A stretch of DNA of 64,000 nt, taken from NCBI GenBank assembly GCA_041486445.1, contig JBGPLI010000002.1, forward strand, positions 9,066-73,065, written 5' to 3'. The notes under the pieces were generated by a model, which saw nothing but the letters and a program-made list of their open reading frames with translations, did not search any database and had not been told where the DNA came from. How positions within the stretch are numbered: position 1 is the first letter of the stretch; the number at the start of each line of letters is the position of its first letter. The stretch is from Bryobacteraceae bacterium (lineage in GTDB: Bacteria; Acidobacteriota; Terriglobia; Bryobacterales; Bryobacteraceae). The position numbers and the translations under genes were made by a program. Below are positions 37,254-45,778 of the stretch, piece after piece.

Positions 37254-37401
37254 GGCTCCTGACCTCCCGAACAGCGTCGACAAGCGCCACAAACTTCTTG
37301 ACGTAGACCGGCTTTATGGGGCGTTTCGCGGGCACTGATACGAATCTGCTGGAGTAGTTTGCCAGCCGCCACCAATCCCATGATACCGTATCCGGTATCA
37401 T
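37240..37401 (-). CDS. Possible degenerate HicA-like toxin remnant (53 codons)
   Basis: Sits in the expected hicA position upstream of and overlapping hicB. There is weak resemblance of W..R...YSS.F.SVP.KRPIK to the HicA GW..R..GSH..F...VP.H pattern, but the catalytic His is missing. Very tentative. Confidence 0.25.
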   Translation of the reverse strand: MIPDTVSWDWWRLANYSSRFVSVPAKRPIKPVYVKKFVALVDAVREVRSHESK

Positions 37402-37402
37402 G
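37379..37402. promoter_or_regulatory. Perfect 10-bp inverted repeat (catgataccg-tatc-cggtatcatg) at the 5' end of the hicA-like/hicB unit; possible RHH operator
   Basis: Read directly from the sequence. RHH antitoxins commonly bind palindromes overlapping their own promoter or start codon. Confidence 0.3.
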
Positions 37403-37412
37403 AGCAGCGCCG

Positions 37413-37440
37413 CTAGAGTCCCATAATCTGGAACCCCATC
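37413..37440 (-). pseudogene. Fragment of a fabI 3' end (last 8 codons plus stop)
   Basis: Encodes MGFQIMGL-stop, the same C-terminus as the intact fabI at 38078 (GFQIMGL-stop). It uses synonymous differences (gga ctc tag versus ggg ttg tag). Confidence 0.55.
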
Positions 37441-37682
37441 GGCGATCGGAGCAGCCGGTCTGTGAATCTCCGAATCGGCGAGCACGAATCCACCAGTGTC
37501 CGCGAGCGCCGGCACGAGGCGCTGGCCACCGTGCGCCTGGTGAACAAGGATGGGGACGTGATCTGGTCCACCACGCAGGAAAGCAATGGGGCAAAGTTTC
37601 GCGGCGCCAGCGCGGACGTGGCGGACAAGATCACGCGGCAACTTGTCGCCGACTACGACAAGCTGAAAAGGGTGAGATAGCG
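37438..37682 (+). pseudogene. Direct repeat copy 2: 5'-truncated, diverged copy of the gene X 3' end
   Basis: Encodes ...IGEHESTSVRERRHEALATVRLVNKDGDVIWSTTQESNGAKFRGASADVADKITRQLVADYDKLKRVR, almost identical to the C-terminus of 35754-36344. It abuts the fabI fragment directly. Confidence 0.7.
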
Positions 37683-37749
37683 CTATCGCATGTTGGTGTT
37701 CCCGATGCCCAATGGAAAACGATGATAGGCTGGAATCAAAGACTCTAAT

Positions 37750-38010
37750 ATGACGAACGGCAGCGAGCGATTGGATCGCATAGAGCGCATTCTCGAACAG
37801 GTGGCCAAGAGCCAACAGGAGATGGCCGCGCGTCAGCAATACCACGATGAGGCTTTTGAGCGGCACGATGCGGAGATGAAACGGCACGATGCGGAGATGA
37901 AGGTGATCCGGGAAGCCATCGCGGCCGATGCCGAAAATATCCGGGCCCTGGTGCGCATTGCTGAACTTCATCATCGGCTGGAACGCCTTGAAGGCGGCGA
38001 AGAGGCCTAA
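37750..38010 (+). CDS. Small coiled-coil hypothetical protein
   Basis: 86-aa ORF with heptad-like charged sequence. Contains a 2 x 21-nt tandem repeat (RHDAEMK twice). Confidence 0.4.
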   Translation: MTNGSERLDRIERILEQVAKSQQEMAARQQYHDEAFERHDAEMKRHDAEMKVIREAIAADAENIRALVRIAELHHRLERLEGGEEA

Positions 38011-38077
38011 TTTACCGACGTAGAGACATAGGTGAAGACATTGTCTCCGGTGATTCCCAGCGGTTACGCGCAGGCCT

Positions 38078-38845
38078 CTACAACCCCATAATCTGGAACC
38101 CGGCGTCGACGAAGAGCACGTTACCCGTCACGCCGCGGCCGAGATCGCTGGCCAGGAACACCGCCGTATCGCCGACCTCGGCCGGGTCGGTGTTGCGCCG
38201 TAGAGGAGCGTGCGCGGCCACGGCCTCCAGGACTTTCGAAAAATCCTTGATGCCGCGCGCCGAGGCGGTCTTGACGGGGCCAGCTGAAATCGCATTCACG
38301 CGGATGTTGCTCGGCCCCAGCTCGCTGGCCAGGTAACGGACCGACGCCTCGAGCGCAGCCTTCGCCACGCCCATCACGTTGTAGTTGGTCACGACGCGCG
38401 AGGCGCCCAGGTAGGTGAGCGTGGTCATCGAACCGCCGCCGGTCATCAGGGGCGCCGCCGCCCGCGCCACCGCGATCATCGAATACGCGCTCACCTCCTG
38501 CGCCAGCAGGTAACCCGCGCGCGAGGTCTCGACAAACGGCCGGCTCAGATCCTCGCGATTGGCGAACGCGATGCTGTGGATCACGGCGTCGAGGCGTCCT
38601 TCCCGCCCGATCGTATCGGTGAGCCGCGCCAGGTCTTCGTCCCTGGTGACGTCGCAATCGAACACGCGCGCCGCGCCGAGCTCGGCTCCGAGCTCCTCCA
38701 CCGTCTGCTTTAGGCGCTCGCCCTGATAGGTGAGCAGCAATTTGGCGCCCTCGCGGCGAAACGCCTTCGCGATGGCGTAGGCGAGGCTCCACTTGTTGGC
38801 GACGCCCAGAATCAGCGCAGTTTTTCCTTCCAGCAATTGAGACAT
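38078..38845 (-). CDS. fabI: Enoyl-[acyl-carrier-protein] reductase (NADH)
   Basis: ATG at 38845 (MSQLLEGKTALILGVANKWSLAYAIAK). Y-x6-K active site in YNVMGVAKAALE. 256 aa. Confidence 0.9.
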   Translation of the reverse strand: MSQLLEGKTALILGVANKWSLAYAIAKAFRREGAKLLLTYQGERLKQTVEELGAELGAARVFDCDVTRDEDLARLTDTIGREGRLDAVIHSIAFANREDLSRPFVETSRAGYLLAQEVSAYSMIAVARAAAPLMTGGGSMTTLTYLGASRVVTNYNVMGVAKAALEASVRYLASELGPSNIRVNAISAGPVKTASARGIKDFSKVLEAVAAHAPLRRNTDPAEVGDTAVFLASDLGRGVTGNVLFVDAGFQIMGL

Positions 38846-38882
38846 GAAACCGCATTGTACACTGGGGACATTCCCTGGATCT

Positions 38883-40985
38883 GTGGCTTTGGATCTCTCC
38901 ACTCCACTCATGTACGTGAAAGGCGTTGGGCCGGGCCGCGGCGCGATGCTCGAGGCCAAGGGACTCAAAGTGGTGGAGGACCTGCTCACCTACGCGCCCT
39001 TCCGTTACGAGGACCGGCGCAACGTCAAGTCGATTCGCGAGCTGGCGCCGGGTGAAATGGCAACGGTGCTCGCCGAAGTGCGCTCGACGAAAGTATCCGG
39101 CTTCCGGCGGCGAAACCTGGGGTTGTTTGAGGCGACGTTCACCGACGCGTCGCGCGGCGTCCTGTCCGCCAAGTGGTTTCACGGCGCCTATCTGGACGAC
39201 GTCTTCGCGCCGGGGCAGAAGGTGGCCCTGTTCGGGAAGGTCGAGTTCGATTCCTACTCCGGAAATCTCGGGATGATGCACCCGGAGTACGAGATTCTCT
39301 CGGGAGACGACGACGGCGACGCGTCACTGCACACCGGCCGCGTCGTGCCGATTTACGAAGCGGCCGGCAGGGTCACTACGCGCGTCCTCCGCGTGCTGCT
39401 CGACCGCATTCTGCAAGGTATCGCGCCGCTCGAAGATCCTCTGCCGCCGCACGTACTGGCGCAACTGAAGCTCCCAGACCGCTGGAGCGCGATCCGCGCG
39501 CTGCACTTTCCGCCGCCGGAATCCGATGTGCGGCTGCTCAACGCGTTCCGTTCTCCGGCGCAGTTCCGGCTCATCTTCGAGGAATTTTTCTGGCTGGAGT
39601 GCGGACTGGAGCTGAAGCGCGCCAAGGCGCGCGTGTATCCAGGCATCGCTTTTCAACTGACGGATCGCGTGCGGGAACGGATCAAGGAAATGCTGCCGTT
39701 CAAGCCGACCGGAGCGCAGAAACGCGTGCTGGCGGAAATCGCTCACGACATGGCGGCGCCTCATCCCATGTACAGGCTCTTGCAAGGGGACGTCGGCAGC
39801 GGCAAGACACTTGTGGCGGCCGAAGCGGCCATCATCGCCATCGAGAACGGCTACCAGGCGGCGGTGCTGGCGCCGACCGAGATCCTCGCCACGCAGCACT
39901 ATTTCTATTTCAAGCGGCTCTTTCAGAAGCTGGGATATGTGATCATCCTGCTTACGGGCTCGGCAACCGGCCGCGAGAAGACGCAGCTCAAGAAGCTGGC
40001 GGCGGCGGGACTCACCCACGTGGTGGTGGGCACGCACGCGCTCCTCGAAGCCGACGTGGAGTTCGGCAAGCTGGGCCTGGCGATCGTGGACGAGCAGCAC
40101 CGCTTCGGCGTGGAGCAGCGGCTGGCGCTGGCGGGCAAGGGCAGCCACCCCGACGTGCTGGTGATGACCGCGACACCGATCCCGCGCACGCTGGCGCTGA
40201 CGATTTACGGCGACCTGGACGTGAGCGTGATCGACGAAATGCCGCCCGGCCGAAAGCCCATCGTCACCAAGCATGTGACCGAGGAGCGGATCGAGCAGGT
40301 TTACAGTTTCCTCAAAACGCAAATCGACCTGGGCCGTCAGGCCTACGTCGTCTACCCGGTGATTGAAGAATCGGAAACGCAGGCGATGAAGGCGGCACAA
40401 AAGATGCACGATCATCTTTCGCGGATCGTCTTTCCCGGCATTCCGGTAGGGTTACTGCACGGACGGCTGCCACCCGCCGAGAAGGAAGCCGCCATGGAGA
40501 AATTCCAGCGCGGCGAGACCAAGATCCTGGTGTCGACCACGGTGATCGAGGTCGGTGTGGATGTGCCCAACGCGTCCGTGATGCTGATCGAGCAGGCCGA
40601 GCGATTCGGACTGGCGCAACTGCACCAGCTTCGCGGGCGCGTGGGCCGCGGCGCCGCGCAGAGCTACTGCGTGCTGGTGACCGGCAAGTTGAACGAGGCC
40701 GCGCGCGAGCGCATCCGCACGCTGGTGGAATCGAGCGACGGCTTCCATATCGCGGAGATGGACCTGAAGCTGCGCGGGCCGGGAGAGTTCTTCGGAACCA
40801 AACAGTCCGGGCTGCCCGCCCTGCGGATCGGCAACATCCTGCGCGACGCGGACATTCTGGAGATCGCGCGAAATGAAGCGGCATCGTTTGTCGCGCATCC
40901 GCCCGCGGAGGACGACCTGCGGCGCGCCGTCGCGTTTATCCGCGACCATTGGCAACGGCGCTACGGGCTGGTGCAGGTGGGATAA
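38883..40985 (+). CDS. recG: ATP-dependent DNA helicase RecG
   Basis: N-terminal LMYVKGVGPGRGAMLEAKGLKVVEDLLTYAPFRYEDRR; Walker A GDVGSGKT; DEQHRFG box; C-terminal QLRGRVGRG. The start is uncertain (GTG 38883 or ATG 38910). The ATG at 38844 would overlap the fabI start. Confidence 0.9.
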   Translation: MALDLSTPLMYVKGVGPGRGAMLEAKGLKVVEDLLTYAPFRYEDRRNVKSIRELAPGEMATVLAEVRSTKVSGFRRRNLGLFEATFTDASRGVLSAKWFHGAYLDDVFAPGQKVALFGKVEFDSYSGNLGMMHPEYEILSGDDDGDASLHTGRVVPIYEAAGRVTTRVLRVLLDRILQGIAPLEDPLPPHVLAQLKLPDRWSAIRALHFPPPESDVRLLNAFRSPAQFRLIFEEFFWLECGLELKRAKARVYPGIAFQLTDRVRERIKEMLPFKPTGAQKRVLAEIAHDMAAPHPMYRLLQGDVGSGKTLVAAEAAIIAIENGYQAAVLAPTEILATQHYFYFKRLFQKLGYVIILLTGSATGREKTQLKKLAAAGLTHVVVGTHALLEADVEFGKLGLAIVDEQHRFGVEQRLALAGKGSHPDVLVMTATPIPRTLALTIYGDLDVSVIDEMPPGRKPIVTKHVTEERIEQVYSFLKTQIDLGRQAYVVYPVIEESETQAMKAAQKMHDHLSRIVFPGIPVGLLHGRLPPAEKEAAMEKFQRGETKILVSTTVIEVGVDVPNASVMLIEQAERFGLAQLHQLRGRVGRGAAQSYCVLVTGKLNEAARERIRTLVESSDGFHIAEMDLKLRGPGEFFGTKQSGLPALRIGNILRDADILEIARNEAASFVAHPPAEDDLRRAVAFIRDHWQRRYGLVQVG

Positions 40986-40989
40986 TCGG

Positions 40990-41508
40990 ATGCGCGTCAT
41001 CGCTGGTGAGTTCCGCAGCCGTCCGCTCAAGAGCCTCCCGGGTCTCGACGTCCGCCCGACGCCGGATCGCCTGCGTGAGGCGTTATTCAACGTGCTGGCC
41101 CCGCGAATCGTGGGAACGGTCTTCGCCGACGTGTATGCCGGAACCGGCGCCGTGGGCATCGAGGCGCTGAGCCGGGGCGCGTCGCGGGTGGTGTTCATCG
41201 AGCAAAGCCACGCCGCAGTCCGCGTGATTCGCGAAAATCTGCGCACGCTCGGAATCGAGGACCGGGCCGAGGTGCGCCATGGACGGGCCTCCGCGATCCT
41301 GCCGAAAATCGAAGCGGACATCGTATTCCTCGATCCCCCGTACCGATTGGAGAACGAATACGAAGTATGGCGGCCACCTGCCTCTGCACGGCTCTTCATC
41401 GTGCAGCATGCCGCGCGTCACACGCTGACAGAATTCCACGGCGCTCTCTATCGCACCCGCGTGCTGAAGCAGGGCGACAACGCGCTCAGCTTCTACGCCG
41501 GGGCCTGA
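40990..41508 (+). CDS. rsmD: 16S rRNA (guanine966-N2)-methyltransferase
   Basis: MRVIAGEFRSRPL, DVYAGTGAVGIEALSRGA and FLDPPY motifs. Confidence 0.85.
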   Translation: MRVIAGEFRSRPLKSLPGLDVRPTPDRLREALFNVLAPRIVGTVFADVYAGTGAVGIEALSRGASRVVFIEQSHAAVRVIRENLRTLGIEDRAEVRHGRASAILPKIEADIVFLDPPYRLENEYEVWRPPASARLFIVQHAARHTLTEFHGALYRTRVLKQGDNALSFYAGA

Positions 41509-41550
41509 TCAGCGGGAGTACGATCTTCTTAGGTCGGGCTTTAAGGCTGC

Positions 41551-42267
41551 TTACGGCGAGTGAAAGCACATCGTCTCAACTATCTTGTCGAAGTAATCAG
41601 CCACACCCGGGTTCGCATTTTTGTATTCGACGGCATCGGCGAGTGGCGCCCCCACCCATCGCCACCGTTTACCGTCTTTCGTTTCACCTGATAAATCCAG
41701 CCCAGCGATGTCGCCGAAAAACCACCCACGAATCTTGATGCCTTGCGACGCTGTTAGCGTGCTTTCCAGTGGCAGCCCCGAATGCCAGGCGTATCCGTCC
41801 ACGACGTGAAGAGTGTTCTGATTGAGCTTAAAGTACCAATGTGAATCGTGTTCTCCATATACCGGGCCTTCATAGCGTCTGCGAGTGGCGTTGACACGTA
41901 ATCCGCCACCGACCCACTCTCGGCCTCGATTTGGCAGAGCCGCGCACGAGGGAACACTCCATACGGTATTATCCACCCGGTCGAGCTGGATGCGAACCGG
42001 CTCGATTAGATCTGAAGTAGCGATCAGACGAGGCTTGAAACCTAAACGGCGGACACTGATGAATGCACCTGCGCCGCGTAGGTTGAAGGATCCATCTGCC
42101 TTGGTTGTTGCCCAACCGGTAAAGCCAGCTCCGGAGGCCACTATTAACGCTCCTTCGACGCCGCTTCCTCTTTCGTCAACGACCTGGCCATCGACTCCCT
42201 GGCGTACGTGTTGCGCCTGCAGGGGAGCAAGGTAAAGCAAAATCCAGGTGACGTCGATCCTGCGCAT
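41551..42267 (-). CDS. Hypothetical exported protein with N-terminal CarboxypepD_reg-like domain
   Basis: Signal-like N-terminus. VDGQVVDERGSGVEGALIVASG...TKADGSFNLRG pattern. Visibly lower G+C than flanking genes. Confidence 0.5.
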   Translation of the reverse strand: MRRIDVTWILLYLAPLQAQHVRQGVDGQVVDERGSGVEGALIVASGAGFTGWATTKADGSFNLRGAGAFISVRRLGFKPRLIATSDLIEPVRIQLDRVDNTVWSVPSCAALPNRGREWVGGGLRVNATRRRYEGPVYGEHDSHWYFKLNQNTLHVVDGYAWHSGLPLESTLTASQGIKIRGWFFGDIAGLDLSGETKDGKRWRWVGAPLADAVEYKNANPGVADYFDKIVETMCFHSP

Positions 42268-42393
42268 TTGCTCAGTGCAGGGCAGTGCAAACGCCCTGCT
42301 GACGGGTTCCCGTAGCCCTGATACTCATTGTGCCAGATTGGAAATCACGCATCGGGGGGCTGAAAAAAAACGGCGAGGGTGTCCGCTCCGTGT

Positions 42394-42447
42394 GGTCGCG
42401 GCTCGATAACTGCTGCGAACACAGAGTGCCGACTCTGAGCCGCGACC
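42394..42447. terminator. 11-bp perfect inverted repeat (ggtcgcggctc ... gagccgcgacc, 32-nt loop) downstream of the minus-strand surface-protein operon, flanked by T/A runs; possible terminator
   Basis: Read from the sequence. An A8 run at 42364-42371 is T8 on the minus strand, and a T6 run lies near 42471 on the plus strand. The geometry is not that of a canonical intrinsic terminator. Confidence 0.3.
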
Positions 42448-42515
42448 AAAGGAAGCGGTCTTTGTTGGGTTTTTTCGCAAATCTTTTGAGGGGCGCTTCC
42501 CGCGCTGTGTCACCG

Positions 42516-44849
42516 TTACGGATTCCCCTGCGTAGGCGGCGTGGTCCCCTTCGTATTCGTAAGCGTCACCGTATACGACACCACCGCCTGTGCATTGCCT
42601 TGCACCGTGAACGGCATCGTGAGCGTGAACAGGCTGCCGAAAGCGAAGGAGGCGGAGCTTTGATAATAGGTCGAAAACGCCGGTCCAAGCTGCACGGTGA
42701 AGTCGCTCGTGGCAAACGAATTGTTGGAGGCGGGCACGAAATGGAATTGCGCGCTCGCCATTTCGCGCGTGTTCGAGTAGCCGGTGACCGTGACGGTGAA
42801 GCCTCCCGGTTGCTGCTGGAACGCGACCCCCGTGATCACAGGCGCCGCCGGATCGATCGTGATCGTTCTGGAGGGAGGAGTGGCCGGCATGATATCGGTG
42901 TTGCCGGTTCTCAGGCTGGTCACGGTGAGCGTGATTGTGCCCGCTACCGTGGGCATCAGCAAGGGGGCGCTGGTAGCGCCGTTGGCGAATACGGCTTGCG
43001 TCGTCGAGGCTCGAATGGTGAAGGTAGCCGTCCGGCCGCCGCCCGCAGCAAACGCGAGCATCTGGTCGTCGCCGCCCACCGAGGAATTAAACGAGAGCGT
43101 GAGGGTGCCGCTGACATCCCCGAAATACGCGCTGGCGAGAGCTATCGATACCGGCGGCTGGGCGCCTGTACCCGCAGTAATCGTCAGCGCGGGAGGAAGC
43201 GGCGGATTCACCGTCACCGTAATCGTCTTGCTCGCCACCTGCTGGCGCGCATCGATGATCGCCACAGTAATCGTGCTCGATCCCGGAGCCGTGGGCGTCC
43301 CGCTGATCAGCGCGCTGCCCGGATCGAATCGCAAGCCGGCCGGAAGGCTCCCCGAGGAGATCCCCCATACGTAAGGGGGTGTTCCGCCGCTGGCGGCCAG
43401 GGTAAGGGAAAACGCCACGCCTGCGGTGGCGGTGAAGTCCCCCGTCGTGATCGTCAGCGGACTTGCCACCAGGATCGCCAGCGCCTTCGACGCCGTCTGC
43501 CGCGAGGCGTCGGTCACGGTCACGGTAAAGGAGGAGGCGCCGGCGAAGGAAGGGGTGCCTGCGATCGCGCCGGTGGTCACGTTCAGCGTCAGTCCGGCCG
43601 GTAGAGCGCCCTGGGAGATCGACCAGAGGAGCGGCGCCAGCCCGCCGCTGCTGGCAAGCGTCTGCGAATAGGCCGATCCAACGGCCGCGTCCGGGAGCGC
43701 CGAGGTGACGATGGTCAGCGAGGAGCGGATGTTGATCGCGATATTCGCCTGCGCCGAGCCACCCAGCGAGTCGGTCACCTGGACCGTGACAGTGAGCGTA
43801 CTGACGGTGTTCGGAGTCCCGCTAACAGTGCCGGACCCGGAGTCGAGCGCCAGCCCGGAAGGAAGCGATCCGCTGACGATGGACCAGACGTACGGAGAGA
43901 GGCCGCCGCTGGCCGCTATCGTCTGCGAATACGGCTGGCCGACCGTGCCGTCCGGCAGAGACGACGTGGTAATAGTCAGGCCCGGACCAATCGTGATCAC
44001 GAGATTCGCCTGAGCGACGCGCTTGCCGAAGTCCAGCAATTGCACGGTAAACGGGTAGGTTCCGTTACCGGACGGCGTGCCGCTGATGACGCCCGTGGGA
44101 CTCAGTTGCAGGCCGGGGGGAAGAATACCCGTCAGCAGCGACCACGTATAGGGCGGCTGCCCGCCACCCGGCGAGAGCGCTTGCGAATAGAAAGTCCCCG
44201 AGGACCCGTTTGGCAGCGACGTGGTCAGTACGCGGAGCGGCGTTGCCACGAACAATTGAAGCGTCTGCCGCGCGGACGCCCCCACGCTGTCTGTCAACTG
44301 AACGGTCAGAAAAAAGATCCCGGGTGTCGGCGGGACGCCGGTGATGGTCCCGGTCGTGAAGCCGATGGATAATCCCTGCGTATCAAAGCTGACGAAAGTC
44401 CACTGATAGGGAGGCACGCCGCCGGAGGCGGTCAGCGTGGCGCTGTACTGCGTGCCTTGCACGGCGGGTGGAAGGGTGTTTAGGGTGATCGAGGGCGGCC
44501 CCGCGGTGATCGTAAGCGTGTAGCTCTGAAACGCGGACCCGATGAACGTATTTCCCGAGTTCTCCTGGACGGTGAAGGTGAGGTAGAACGTCCCGGCGAC
44601 GGTCGGCGTGCCCGTGATCACGCCGAAGTTATTCGAGTTGAGAAAGTTCAGTCCGGCCGGGAGCAGTCCGTTGGTCAGCGACCAAATAAAAGTCGGGTTA
44701 AGGACATTGGGGTCCGTGGCCGTCAGTTGCGTGTAGTAGCTTTGCTGAAAGGCGCCCGTGGGCAGAGACGCCGTGAGAATGGTCGGAGCCGCGAGCGCGG
44801 GACCACCGGCGGCCAGCGCCAGCATCGCGACGGCGAGCCTGCGTTTCAT
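42516..44849 (-). CDS. Exported protein with about 6-7 tandem He_PIG-type (putative Ig) domains and a distinct C-terminal domain
   Basis: ATG at 44849 gives signal peptide MKRRLAVAMLALAAGGPALA. Repeated LP.G.VG..YSQTL.ASGG..PY.WS..SG.LP.GL.L...TG.ISGTP units. Confidence 0.7.
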   Translation of the reverse strand: MKRRLAVAMLALAAGGPALAAPTILTASLPTGAFQQSYYTQLTATDPNVLNPTFIWSLTNGLLPAGLNFLNSNNFGVITGTPTVAGTFYLTFTVQENSGNTFIGSAFQSYTLTITAGPPSITLNTLPPAVQGTQYSATLTASGGVPPYQWTFVSFDTQGLSIGFTTGTITGVPPTPGIFFLTVQLTDSVGASARQTLQLFVATPLRVLTTSLPNGSSGTFYSQALSPGGGQPPYTWSLLTGILPPGLQLSPTGVISGTPSGNGTYPFTVQLLDFGKRVAQANLVITIGPGLTITTSSLPDGTVGQPYSQTIAASGGLSPYVWSIVSGSLPSGLALDSGSGTVSGTPNTVSTLTVTVQVTDSLGGSAQANIAINIRSSLTIVTSALPDAAVGSAYSQTLASSGGLAPLLWSISQGALPAGLTLNVTTGAIAGTPSFAGASSFTVTVTDASRQTASKALAILVASPLTITTGDFTATAGVAFSLTLAASGGTPPYVWGISSGSLPAGLRFDPGSALISGTPTAPGSSTITVAIIDARQQVASKTITVTVNPPLPPALTITAGTGAQPPVSIALASAYFGDVSGTLTLSFNSSVGGDDQMLAFAAGGGRTATFTIRASTTQAVFANGATSAPLLMPTVAGTITLTVTSLRTGNTDIMPATPPSRTITIDPAAPVITGVAFQQQPGGFTVTVTGYSNTREMASAQFHFVPASNNSFATSDFTVQLGPAFSTYYQSSASFAFGSLFTLTMPFTVQGNAQAVVSYTVTLTNTKGTTPPTQGNP
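43000..44780 (-). repeat. Internal tandem coding repeats (about 270-nt period, diverged) encoding the Ig-like domains; coordinates approximate
   Basis: Periodicity seen in the translated protein. The DNA copies are diverged. Confidence 0.55.
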
Positions 44850-45778
44850 GGCAGGCCTCCCGCGCTTGCGGCGAGCGGCGCGAACAAAACGTCGCCGGTG
44901 GCTGCCTCGAATAGCTTCAGCGCGCCGGGACCGAGGCCGGTCAGACGGAAGACGGAGCCTCCCATCGGGAACAGACCCTCCGGGGAACAGGAACAATCCA
45001 AGGCGGCCGCGGCGCCCGTCGAAAGGTCGACCGTCAGCAACGCACCGCCACGATCGGCCGCCGCCAGGCGGAGATTGTCGAACGACAGCGCGATCGCCAC
45101 AGGCGATAACGGGCTCGCGGAACCGTTATACACAACCGCCGGGACGGCGCTGCCGCCCACGCCGGCGATGGTCAGGATCGCGGTGGGAGTCGCCACCGCC
45201 AGGTCCGGGCGGCCGTGGAAAAAGGCCAGCGCCATCGTGCCTGCATCCACGGGCAAGCGGTTCACTTGCCCGGCGGCGCCCAGGACGTAGACTCCGTCCG
45301 GCCACGCGCCGGCCACCCATTGACCGTCGTCGCTCACGGCGAGCGCATCGGGCGGCGCGCCCCGGAACGTTGTATCGATGTCTAGCACCGAGGGCGACAG
45401 AGGCAATCCGGAGACGATCTGAAGATGGCTGGTGACGGGGAACCATAACGCAGCAGCCGAGCCATGCGGGCTCATCACGATCCGGTCTGCTCCGGGGGCT
45501 GCGCCTTCCAGATGAACCACGCTAACGCCGGGCGTGATCAACAACGCCTCGCCGTTGCCGGCGGCGGTGGCGAGCACATAATTCTGCCGTGGCGATACGG
45601 CGACTCGATCCAGGTCCCGGCCTATGTCGACGGCTGGGCCGACCACGGCTGTCGCGGGAATCCCGTATACCGGACGGAGGCGGCCTCCGTCCGGGAGGTA
45701 GCCGAGCACCGGCGCGGCGATCTGAGCGAAGGCCGGTGCGATCCCGAGCATGGTGACAAGCGCGGCGGCGCGAATCAA
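44846..45778 (-). CDS. Hypothetical exported protein (beta-propeller-like repeat pattern)
   Basis: Signal peptide MIRAAALVTMLGIAPAFA. Its stop overlaps the downstream gene's start, and its start overlaps the upstream gene's stop, each by 4 nt. Confidence 0.5.
   Translation of the reverse strand: MIRAAALVTMLGIAPAFAQIAAPVLGYLPDGGRLRPVYGIPATAVVGPAVDIGRDLDRVAVSPRQNYVLATAAGNGEALLITPGVSVVHLEGAAPGADRIVMSPHGSAAALWFPVTSHLQIVSGLPLSPSVLDIDTTFRGAPPDALAVSDDGQWVAGAWPDGVYVLGAAGQVNRLPVDAGTMALAFFHGRPDLAVATPTAILTIAGVGGSAVPAVVYNGSASPLSPVAIALSFDNLRLAAADRGGALLTVDLSTGAAAALDCSCSPEGLFPMGGSVFRLTGLGPGALKLFEAATGDVLFAPLAASAGGLP

Noticed and set aside
38844-38882. ATG at 38844 as the recG start
   Set aside because: It would overlap the divergent fabI start codon by 2 nt and add residues not seen at RecG N-termini. 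GTG 38883 or ATG 38910 is more plausible.
42330-43604. 424-aa plus-strand ORF (and other long ORFs) opposite the He_PIG repeat gene
   Set aside because: It is Arg/Gly-rich nonsense in the antisense frame. The minus strand gives coherent Ig-like repeats with a signal peptide.
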